The position numbers and the translations under genes are program-made. The notes beneath the pieces were generated by a model. That model saw nothing but the letters and a program-made list of their open reading frames with translations. It was not told the DNA's origin and searched no databases. Below, piece after piece: positions 42,616-50,654 of a DNA stretch of 64,000 nt (the first letter of the stretch is position 1; each line of letters opens with the position of its first letter). Origin of the DNA: Candidatus Aminicenantes bacterium (lineage in GTDB: Bacteria; Acidobacteriota; Aminicenantia; JAMOAD01); NCBI GenBank assembly GCA_027061995.1, contig JAMOUT010000057.1, positions 65,688 through 129,687 of the forward strand. The letters run 5' to 3'.

Positions 42616-42951
42616 TTATTTATTTTCGTCTATGAAATAGGACGGTTGATCGGTTTTAGTAAATAGATTATTAAGATTTGAGCTTGTATTTTGAAGAAAA
42701 CCTATTTTTTTTTGAATATTTGTGATTTTATCATTTAGGAACTCTCTCAATTCCATAATTTTATTTACCATGTTTTGTAATAACACTTTTTCTTCATCAG
42801 ATTTAATCTGTCTTAACAATAATCTTTTAATTAATTTATCATTATCTTTTATAATTTTATCTACTAATTTCCAATTTCCCTCTAAAATTGCTTTTCTTTC
42901 TTCTTCTATATTATTAGTAAGTTTTGCTATGGTGTCTTCGATATTATCCAT
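42616..42951 (-). CDS. FliT-like flagellar chaperone
   Basis: Helical, LEGNWKLV, C-terminal SYFIDENK; overlaps the fliS end; start moved to ATG 42951. Confidence 0.6.
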   Translation of the reverse strand: MDNIEDTIAKLTNNIEEERKAILEGNWKLVDKIIKDNDKLIKRLLLRQIKSDEEKVLLQNMVNKIMELREFLNDKITNIQKKIGFLQNTSSNLNNLFTKTDQPSYFIDENK

Positions 42952-43393
42952 ATATCTCAACTCTTTTTTCACGAAGATTATCACTGAAATTTATCTCGTT
43001 TTGATCTGAATTTTTTAGGTATTCCCCCTTTTTCTTTTTTATCATCTCATTCCATGCACTCAATAACTCTTTGAATATATTTTCCACCGAAATAATTTTT
43101 GTTATATCGTTTGAAAAATTTGAATCCGTTAATTCCTTGATGGAAAACAGATATAAATTATTAAGATTCTTTGATATGACTCCACCTTTATCATAATCAA
43201 GAATTGAACGGAGGTAAGAGATAACATCTATGGCTTTATTTATCCAATTAATTTTTTCCGACGGATTATTTTGTTCAATACTTTTCTTTATCTTCTCGAG
43301 ATAATCAAGAAGTCCTCTGTAAATAAAGGAGATTAACTCATCATTGTTAAGGCTTAAAATCTCATTTTCAACATAATTTGTTTCAAAAGCCAT
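42944..43393 (-). CDS. fliS: Flagellin chaperone FliS
   Basis: ELISFIY.G, KAIDVISYL...LD...GG.ISKNL.NLY, LLSAW. Confidence 0.9.
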   Translation of the reverse strand: MAFETNYVENEILSLNNDELISFIYRGLLDYLEKIKKSIEQNNPSEKINWINKAIDVISYLRSILDYDKGGVISKNLNNLYLFSIKELTDSNFSNDITKIISVENIFKELLSAWNEMIKKKKGEYLKNSDQNEINFSDNLREKRVEIYG

Positions 43394-43402
43394 TTTATTC
43401 TC

Positions 43403-45316
43403 CTATGAAAGATTTATACCGCTAAAATTACTTTGCAGACTCTGTAATAATTGCTGCATCTGTGCCATAGCCCTGTTTGCCGCATCAAATTCCTGAAATA
43501 ATCGTTGTCTCTCATCTTCAAGTTGATCTTTAAAAGATTCTATCTTCTCATTTATAGTTTCAATGTTTTTATCAAGATTATTTAACTCTTTTACCAATTG
43601 ACCTTCATTATTGATGTCAGTGCTCATTAATGATTCAAGTTTGTTATTTAAATTGGAAACAACACCATAACTCAATTGAACATTACCAAATGAACCGGAG
43701 GAACTCATTGTTCCGTATATTTTAAGACCTTTTACAGGACCTTCTGTCCCGGTTAGAGTTCTTCCTTCTCCGGTAGCTGCGTATCCTCCGATTGTGCCTG
43801 CTATATCTGTTCCCGTATCTGTCAATGCTGTTGTTCCTACTCCAGTGCCATTTGCGGTGGCTGCAATATCGGATACAACGGATAATGTTTCTGATGATCC
43901 GTAATTATCTGTTTCAAAAACAAGATAGTTTCCGTTGCTTGTCGCTGTAATCGGGATATTATTATCATCCATTTCAGTATTTATTTTATCCATGATATCG
44001 GTTAGAGTGTCATTTTCGGAAAGATTAACAGTGTAATTTTTTGATTTATATGTTATGGTAAGTGTCTCATCCTGAGCAATACCTCCCGAAGGAACCTCTT
44101 CACTTCCTTGAACTTTGGCGATTTCAGCCGCTTGAGTTATATTCACAGAATAAGTTCCCGCTTGAGTATCTTCTGTCCTTAAAAGGTATGTAACATTATC
44201 ATTGGTGGTAGAGCCTATTTCCTCAAACACTTTTTTTACACCTTGGTAATCATTTTGCAAGGCTGTTTCAAGTTTGTCGGTATCAAGATATATGGTTCCG
44301 TCATTGTTCATTTTGATTCCGATATCGATTAATGATTTATAGGTATCAGAGCTATTACTCCCTTCAATTTGTGATGTTATCATGGATTGGATGGAAGATT
44401 GAACCGAAAGAGCGGCTGAATTACCTGACAAAATTCCCGCTTTGCCCGCTGCTGAATTATATGTGAATTGTTTATTAAGATAACCGATGATATCATTATA
44501 TTTGGAGATAAAATCATTTAATTTTGATTCGACATTGGAAAAATCGTTAGAAATCTTGAGAGTGACGGTTTTACTTGCATCAGCCTCTTTTAAATTAAGG
44601 GTAACTCCTTCAATTACATCTGAGATTGTATTTGATGATCTTGTTATTGCATCACCCGCATCCGTTGTATTAACATTTATAAGAGCATCTTGGGCGGAAA
44701 TCTTTTCAGTCATATTTGTTCCTACGCTTGAATCGGATATTGTAAAAGCATAATCACTACCTGTTTCGGTTGAAGTGATTTGTAATTTATAATCCGAACC
44801 ATCATAGATGATAGTTGCTCTGACATCAAGCTCATCAAGATTATTAATCGCATCCCTTAAACCCGTTAAAGAGCGGGTATCACCCGTTATATCAATATTT
44901 TTGGTTTTTCCGTTTTGTGTTATTGAGAAAGTTGTTCCATCAGTCAGAACATTATCACTCGGTGATGAAAAACCATCCGAGGAATCGGATTCCACGGTGG
45001 CAAGTTGACGAACGATTATATAATAATCTCCGTTTTGAGCGCCGCTTTGGGTTGTCGCGGTTAATATATCTTCATTTGATACGGAGGCTGAGCCTGTTGA
45101 GATAGAATCAAAATTTGCCAAATTTTCCGAAACAGATTGAAGTGATGATACTTTGGTGTTTAGTGTTTGAAGAGCTTTTTTCTCGGCTTCATAATTATAT
45201 ATCTCATTTTGATAGGTGTTTAAAGGATAGCTTTTAGCATAAATTATTTTATTAACAAGATCATTTACATCAAGCGGTCCTGCCGCAAACATGCCGCTAT
45301 AAATAGAGCTATCCAT
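43403..45316 (-). CDS. fliD: Flagellar filament cap FliD
   Basis: LDVNDLV, VRQLA, RSSNTISDVIEGVTLNL, FISKYN, DIGI...DGTI. Confidence 0.92.
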   Translation of the reverse strand: MDSSIYSGMFAAGPLDVNDLVNKIIYAKSYPLNTYQNEIYNYEAEKKALQTLNTKVSSLQSVSENLANFDSISTGSASVSNEDILTATTQSGAQNGDYYIIVRQLATVESDSSDGFSSPSDNVLTDGTTFSITQNGKTKNIDITGDTRSLTGLRDAINNLDELDVRATIIYDGSDYKLQITSTETGSDYAFTISDSSVGTNMTEKISAQDALINVNTTDAGDAITRSSNTISDVIEGVTLNLKEADASKTVTLKISNDFSNVESKLNDFISKYNDIIGYLNKQFTYNSAAGKAGILSGNSAALSVQSSIQSMITSQIEGSNSSDTYKSLIDIGIKMNNDGTIYLDTDKLETALQNDYQGVKKVFEEIGSTTNDNVTYLLRTEDTQAGTYSVNITQAAEIAKVQGSEEVPSGGIAQDETLTITYKSKNYTVNLSENDTLTDIMDKINTEMDDNNIPITATSNGNYLVFETDNYGSSETLSVVSDIAATANGTGVGTTALTDTGTDIAGTIGGYAATGEGRTLTGTEGPVKGLKIYGTMSSSGSFGNVQLSYGVVSNLNNKLESLMSTDINNEGQLVKELNNLDKNIETINEKIESFKDQLEDERQRLFQEFDAANRAMAQMQQLLQSLQSNFSGINLS

Positions 45317-45328
45317 TATTACCTCCTT

Positions 45329-45844
45329 TTATATGTTTTCATTAATGAAAACACCTTTTAAATTATCTCCTTTGGACATATATTCTCTGTTATTATTAAG
45401 TTTATCATTTTTCTGATTGATTTTGTAGAGCTCCACTATAAATTTATAAAACTCTTCGGGTGGTATCTGTCTGATAACCTTTTTTGTCTTTTTATCAAGA
45501 ATCTTAATGAGATTTCTTTTTGTAATTTTGTCCTTTTCAAATTTTAGTTCGGTATTTTCAAGGTTATTAAGTTTTGCATTTAATTTTTCCAGATTTTCAT
45601 TAAGAGGTTTGTTTTTGTCAAACGGTGTTTTTTCTTTATTGTTTAATTGAATCGGATTATCGGTGGACTTTATTTTGTCATTATCATTTTTGAAGATTTC
45701 GACCACATCGGAATTATCCGAAGAATTGCGATCTCTGTATATTTTAGAAGAAGAATCGGAAGTATCGGGAGGGGAGATTTGTTCCCCTCCCTTATTAAGT
45801 ACAGATAGTTCTTTATATTCTATATTTCCGGTTGTAACAAGCAT
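45329..45844 (-). CDS. flaG: FlaG family flagellar protein
   Basis: LKF...IKILDKKTKKVIRQIPPEE...KGVFINE. Confidence 0.88.
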   Translation of the reverse strand: MLVTTGNIEYKELSVLNKGGEQISPPDTSDSSSKIYRDRNSSDNSDVVEIFKNDNDKIKSTDNPIQLNNKEKTPFDKNKPLNENLEKLNAKLNNLENTELKFEKDKITKRNLIKILDKKTKKVIRQIPPEEFYKFIVELYKINQKNDKLNNNREYMSKGDNLKGVFINENI

Positions 45845-45889
45845 TTTTCACCTCTCTTAAAAATAAAGAGAGTCAGTGTTCGTTAAATA

Positions 45890-46723
45890 TTACCTGAACA
45901 ACCCTAATACCATCTGTGAAGAAGCGTTTGCCTGTCCGAGTGATGCCATACCACTTTGTAGCAATATCTGGAATTTGGTTAAGTTAACCATCTCCTGAGC
46001 CATATTAGCATCTCTGATAATTGACTCAGCACCTTTCAGGTTGATTGCCTGTGTGTTGATAATAGCGATTGAGTTCTGTAATCTGTTTGATTGTGCTCCG
46101 AGGACACCTCTCCATCTTGAGATAGAAGTTATGGCATTTCTTATCTCTGTTAAAGCTGATTGTGCTCCTGATGCAGTGCTCAAACTGCTTGTCAAACCAA
46201 GAGAACTTGTTGTCGCAGCTCCACCGATTGACAAAGTGATTGTGCTTTGAACATGTGTGTCTCCGACAAAGATTGTTTTTTGAACCGCACCTGAAGAACT
46301 GAAAAGATGTTCTCCCTTAAAGTTAACGGAACTGAAAACTCTGTCGATTTCAGCTTTAATTTGGCTATACTCGGTGTCGATTGTTTGTCTTTCGGTAGCA
46401 CCGACTGTTCCTGATGCTGATTCTTCGGCAAGTGTTACGGCTCTGTTTAAAAGATCGGTAACTTTTGCTAAAGCTCCATCAGCAATCTGGATGATACCGG
46501 ATGCATCATTTGCATTCCTGTAAGCTTGGTTCAGAGCATAGACATCAGCTTTTAAAAGGTTAGCAATAGCAAGACCTGCCGCATCATCTCCGGCATCAAC
46601 AATACGATAACCGGATGAAATTCTTGCGATAGTCTTGTTCAAACCGATGTTTGAAGAATAAAGATTTTGCTGTGCATACAGCGATGAAACATTAGTGATA
46701 ACACTAAAAGATTGTGCTCCCAT
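45890..46723 (-). CDS. fliC: Flagellin (short, 277 aa)
   Basis: RISSGYRI..AGDDAAGLAIA, RGVLGAQSNRL, ESIIRDANMAQEM; ATG 46723 follows GGAGGAGGT. Confidence 0.96.
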   Translation of the reverse strand: MGAQSFSVITNVSSLYAQQNLYSSNIGLNKTIARISSGYRIVDAGDDAAGLAIANLLKADVYALNQAYRNANDASGIIQIADGALAKVTDLLNRAVTLAEESASGTVGATERQTIDTEYSQIKAEIDRVFSSVNFKGEHLFSSSGAVQKTIFVGDTHVQSTITLSIGGAATTSSLGLTSSLSTASGAQSALTEIRNAITSISRWRGVLGAQSNRLQNSIAIINTQAINLKGAESIIRDANMAQEMVNLTKFQILLQSGMASLGQANASSQMVLGLFR

Positions 46724-46728
46724 AAAGC

Positions 46729-46764
46729 ACCTCCTCCATAAGGTTTTTTCGGGCATCCATGCCC
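46729..46764 (-). promoter_or_regulatory. Two CsrA-type ANGGA sites in the flagellin 5' UTR
   Basis: Hairpin GGGCA-UGGA-UGCCC (46764-46751); second AUGGA overlapping the SD (ACCUUAUGGAGGAGGU). Confidence 0.75.
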
Positions 46765-46783
46765 TGATTAAATTTCAATTATT

Positions 46784-46810
46784 AAATCGTAATAATTGAA
46801 AAAAACTTTA
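46784..46810 (-). promoter_or_regulatory. sigma28 promoter of fliC
   Basis: TAAAG.. with TAAA-15 nt-TACGATTT (CGAT core). Confidence 0.6.
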
Positions 46811-46824
46811 GGGTATTTTTTATT

Positions 46825-47745
46825 TTATTTTTTATTTTCAAGATATGAGATTAAACTCATTGCAGCGGTTACACCGCTTCCGGCCGCAATGACAACTTGT
46901 GAGTATTCGTTTTTGACGGAATCTCCGGCTGCATAAACTCCTTCGACACTCGTTTTCTTTGTATAATCGGTAATTATATACCCTCTTTCATCAAGTTCTA
47001 TAAAACCTTTGAGAAAATTGGTATTAGGCGCATTTCCCACGAAAAGAAAAACTCCGTCAACTTTTATAAATTTTTCTTCTCCGGATTCTCTGTTTTTTAT
47101 TCTGATTCCCTCTATTTTATTATCTCCGACAATTTCCATAAGTTGGGTGTTTAAGAAAAATTCAACATTATCTTTTTCTTTTATCCTTTCCTGCAATATT
47201 TTCTCGGCATTGATTTTGGGCAAGAATTCAATATATTTTATACTTCTGACAAAATTAAGGGCGAAAAGACCCTCCTGTATTCCTGAATTTCCGGCTCCGA
47301 TTATTGCAATATCCTTATCTTTAAAAAAAGGTGCATCACAAGTTGCACAAAAAGCAACACCTTTACCAATAAACTTTTCCTCTCCCGGAACTCCGGTTCT
47401 TTTAGCGGAAGAACCGACCGCAATTATTATTCCCCTCGCTTCATATTCATCCCAATCGGTTTTAATGAGAAATCCGTCATCTTTTTTTATAATCTCTTTA
47501 ACTTCGTCAAACTCAAATTTGACACCGAAATTTTCAGCTTGTTTTTGCATATCATTAAGGAGATCGGTAGGATTAAGAGGTTTAGTGAAACCCGGATAAT
47601 TTTCAATCACATCACTTAATACTATTTGACCGCCGACAGCTGTTTTTTCTATAACAAGAGTTTTTAACAAACCTCTTGCGGTATAAATGGAAGCCGCGAC
47701 ACCAGCCGGGCCTCCACCTATTATAATTACATCATATTTTTCCAT
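46825..47745 (-). CDS. trxB: Thioredoxin-disulfide reductase
   Basis: IIGGGPAG, IENYPGF, CATCD, IGAGNSG, GVYAAGD. Confidence 0.93.
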   Translation of the reverse strand: MEKYDVIIIGGGPAGVAASIYTARGLLKTLVIEKTAVGGQIVLSDVIENYPGFTKPLNPTDLLNDMQKQAENFGVKFEFDEVKEIIKKDDGFLIKTDWDEYEARGIIIAVGSSAKRTGVPGEEKFIGKGVAFCATCDAPFFKDKDIAIIGAGNSGIQEGLFALNFVRSIKYIEFLPKINAEKILQERIKEKDNVEFFLNTQLMEIVGDNKIEGIRIKNRESGEEKFIKVDGVFLFVGNAPNTNFLKGFIELDERGYIITDYTKKTSVEGVYAAGDSVKNEYSQVVIAAGSGVTAAMSLISYLENKK

Positions 47746-47768
47746 TTCTCACCTCTTGAAAACTCGAA

Positions 47769-48419
47769 TTATTTAACAGCTTCAAGAACATGTTTTACAT
47801 ATACTTTTTCAGGGACAGCACCTTCAAATTCTACACTGTCATTTACGATGCTCTTGGGAACTCCGTAAACATTATACTTTTGAGCTAACTCCTGATATTC
47901 CATAGATTCATACATTTTACCCGTAATATTTTTGTTAATAAACGCCAATTGATGTGCCAAAAATACGGCTTTGGGGCAGTATGGGCAGGTAGGGGTAACA
48001 AAAACCTTAATATCTACGGGTTTTTCAATTTTTTTAATCTCTTCCACCGCTTTGTCGGAGAGTTGATGTTTTCCTGTTGAAATCATTATGATATCCTCTA
48101 TGAAAGTGGAAAATTCATAACCTGAGGGGATGCCGTAAAATCTGATTCCGGTATCACTACCATCCTCTTTAAGCATCGCTATTGCAGGAGAATCCTCTAT
48201 CCCGTATTTTGCAGCTTCATCTTTACTATTGTGAAAATTGAATTCCGTTACCTCGATTTTGTCATCTAACTCTTTAACTTCGTCAAGAAGCATTTTAATC
48301 TCTTTGCAATATTGGCAATTCAATTCATTTGAGAAAAAAACTATCTTAACCTTTTTGTCTAATTCTTTTGAAAATTTCTCCTTTAAAAATTGTTTGTCTT
48401 TGTCTTCTAAAAGTCCCAT
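47769..48419 (-). CDS. Protein disulfide oxidoreductase (PDO, two thioredoxin folds)
   Basis: CQYC and TPTCPYCP motifs, FYGIPSGYEFSTF, GVPK..FEGAVPE. Confidence 0.9.
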   Translation of the reverse strand: MGLLEDKDKQFLKEKFSKELDKKVKIVFFSNELNCQYCKEIKMLLDEVKELDDKIEVTEFNFHNSKDEAAKYGIEDSPAIAMLKEDGSDTGIRFYGIPSGYEFSTFIEDIIMISTGKHQLSDKAVEEIKKIEKPVDIKVFVTPTCPYCPKAVFLAHQLAFINKNITGKMYESMEYQELAQKYNVYGVPKSIVNDSVEFEGAVPEKVYVKHVLEAVK

Positions 48420-48420
48420 T

Positions 48421-48855
48421 TTATTCCTCCTTTAATTTTTTATTTTCGATTTTATATTCATAGGATACTTCTGCGGTTTTACTTAACATTGCAGATATTG
48501 AGCAATATTTATCATGTGATAATTTGATTGCTTTCGCAAATAATTTTTCATCAATATTATCACCTGTGATTTTAAACAATAATCTGATTTTCGTATATAC
48601 TTTCGGATGCTTTGGTGCTCTCTCGTATTCAAGAATCGAAATTTCAAAATCATCCCATTCGACCTCCATCTTTCTCAGTATGGCAACAACATCCATTCCC
48701 GTGCAACCGAGAAGACTTATAAGGCATAATTCCATAGGTCTTGTTGCTGTATCTTCACCTCCTACTTCCGGTCCTGCATCCATAACAACACTATGACCGG
48801 AATCACCGTTACCAACGAATTTCATCCCGTCAACCCATTTAATCTTTACACTCAT
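48421..48855 (-). CDS. OsmC/YhfA family protein
   Basis: RPMEL...LLGCTGMDV, HPKVYT, KYCSISAML; start moved to ATG 48855 (SD GGAGGT). Confidence 0.9.
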   Translation of the reverse strand: MSVKIKWVDGMKFVGNGDSGHSVVMDAGPEVGGEDTATRPMELCLISLLGCTGMDVVAILRKMEVEWDDFEISILEYERAPKHPKVYTKIRLLFKITGDNIDEKLFAKAIKLSHDKYCSISAMLSKTAEVSYEYKIENKKLKEE

Positions 48856-49255
48856 TCTTACCTCCAATTAAAAGTTTTTCCAGTGTTATCGAACTCAAAT
48901 ATTTGTTTATCATATTATTAAGATTATCCCATACGGGGTATATATAACAATTTTTTTTATAGATACAATCTTTTTTTAAATCCTCACAATGTATAACATC
49001 TATCCTTTTTTCAAGGCATACGATTATATCCTTAAGAGTCAGTTCATCTGTTTTTTTTGTAAGGGAATATCCCCCTTTAGGGCCCCTTTTACCTTTAACG
49101 ATGCCACATGTTTCAAGATCGGAAAATATCCTTTCGAGATATTTTCTGGAAATAAGATATTTTTCCGATAACTCTCTTATCGAAACTGTTTTATCTTTCT
49201 CTTTAAACTCTCCGAGAGCTAATAATGCATATTTTGTTTTACTTGTTATTCTCAT
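48839..49255 (-). CDS. Rrf2-family transcriptional regulator with three C-terminal Cys
   Basis: MRITSKTKYAL, ISRKYLERIF, KRGPKGGYSL, C-x6-C-x5-C. Confidence 0.92.
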   Translation of the reverse strand: MRITSKTKYALLALGEFKEKDKTVSIRELSEKYLISRKYLERIFSDLETCGIVKGKRGPKGGYSLTKKTDELTLKDIIVCLEKRIDVIHCEDLKKDCIYKKNCYIYPVWDNLNNMINKYLSSITLEKLLIGGKNECKD

Positions 49256-49260
49256 CTTAA

Positions 49261-49309
49261 AATCCTACTTTAATAGTAGGTATTATAGCACAAAAAAATA
49301 AAATATCAA
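49261..49309 (-). promoter_or_regulatory. Promoter and palindromic operator of the rrf2 operon
   Basis: TTGATA-16 nt-TATAAT with extended TG; CCTACT-N5-AGTAGG at 49264-49280. Confidence 0.65.
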
Positions 49310-49340
49310 AATTTTTCGGATAAGGAATTCATGGAAAATA

Positions 49341-50654
49341 TTATAAGAAATTTTTCATCCAAAAATCAAATTGTTCGGCCGCCTTTTGGGAAAGATATCT
49401 CCTTCTGTCTCTTTTATCCTTTATTTTAATTCCGGGGGGTTCAAGCAAACCGAAAACAAATTTTGTGGGTTGAAAATTTTTATAATTAGCATTTTCAAGA
49501 TAATATCCCAAAGCTCCGAGAGCTGTTGAGCGGGGAGGAGCAACAAGTTTTTCATTGTTAAGATGTTTTGCCATCATTATTCCAGCATAAAGACCTGAAG
49601 CAATAGCTTCAACATAACCTTCAAGACCTGAGAGTTGTCCCACTATAAATATATCTTTTATATCTTTTGATTGAAAAAAGCGGTTTAAAATCAAGGGAGC
49701 ATTTATATATGAATTTCTATGCATAACCCCGTATCTGACAAATTCAGCTTTCTCAAGCCCGGGAATAAGTCTGAACACCCTCTTTTGTTCACTCCATGTT
49801 AAACGGGTTTGAAAACCCACCAATTGATAGTGTTCCGCCGCCAAATTATCCTGTCGCAGTTGAACGACCGCATGAGGCATTTTACCTGTCCTGGGGTCGG
49901 TAAGCCCTATCGGTTTTAATGGTCCGAAAGCAAGTGTTCTTTCCCCCCTTGCGGCAAGTTCTTCTATCGGTAAACAAGCTTCGAAAAAAAGATGTTTTTC
50001 AAACTCTTTTAAAGGAACTTTTTCAGCATTTAAAAGTTCGGTGTAAAATCTTTTATATTCCTCTTCAGTAAAAGGGGCATTAAGATAATCTTCTCCCCCT
50101 CTGTCATATCTTGAGGCGGGAAAAACTATCTCTCTGTTTATGGAGGATACTTCAACAATAGGGGAGGTTGCATCATAAAAAAACAGATTCTCTCTTCCGG
50201 TAAATTTCATTAAACTAAAAGATAATTCTTTTGATGTCAAAGGACCGGTAGCTATAATTACAGGGGAATCAAAAGGGATCTTGGTTATCTCTTTTCGGGT
50301 AATAGTTAAATTTTCAAATTTTTCAAGCTCTTCGGTTATTCTTTTTGAGAAAAGTTCTCTATCAACCGCAAGAGCGTGACCTGCCGGGATGCTTGATTTT
50401 TCTCCGATTTTTAATAAAAGGGAATCCAAGAGTTTGAGCTCTCTTTTTAAGACTCCTCCCGAAGTATTCGGGTCACTTGAACCGAATGAATTGGAGCATA
50501 CTATTTCAGCGAGATAATCGGTTTTATGAGCCGGAGTCATGACCTCGGGGCGCATTTCGTATAAAACAACTTTAAATCCTCTTTTAAGAAGTTGGTAAGC
50601 GGCCTCGGAACCGGCTAATCCCCCTCCTATTATTGTAACAGTATTATTTTTCAT
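49341..50654 (-). CDS. trmFO: Folate/FAD-dependent tRNA (m5U54) methyltransferase TrmFO
   Basis: IGGGLAGSEAA, EIVCSNS, ATGPLTS, QLRQDN, YGVMHRN; start moved to ATG 50654. Confidence 0.95.
   Translation of the reverse strand: MKNNTVTIIGGGLAGSEAAYQLLKRGFKVVLYEMRPEVMTPAHKTDYLAEIVCSNSFGSSDPNTSGGVLKRELKLLDSLLLKIGEKSSIPAGHALAVDRELFSKRITEELEKFENLTITRKEITKIPFDSPVIIATGPLTSKELSFSLMKFTGRENLFFYDATSPIVEVSSINREIVFPASRYDRGGEDYLNAPFTEEEYKRFYTELLNAEKVPLKEFEKHLFFEACLPIEELAARGERTLAFGPLKPIGLTDPRTGKMPHAVVQLRQDNLAAEHYQLVGFQTRLTWSEQKRVFRLIPGLEKAEFVRYGVMHRNSYINAPLILNRFFQSKDIKDIFIVGQLSGLEGYVEAIASGLYAGIMMAKHLNNEKLVAPPRSTALGALGYYLENANYKNFQPTKFVFGLLEPPGIKIKDKRDRRRYLSQKAAEQFDFWMKNFL

Noticed and set aside
47009..47599. 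196-aa plus-strand ORF
   Set aside because: Antisense shadow of trxB.
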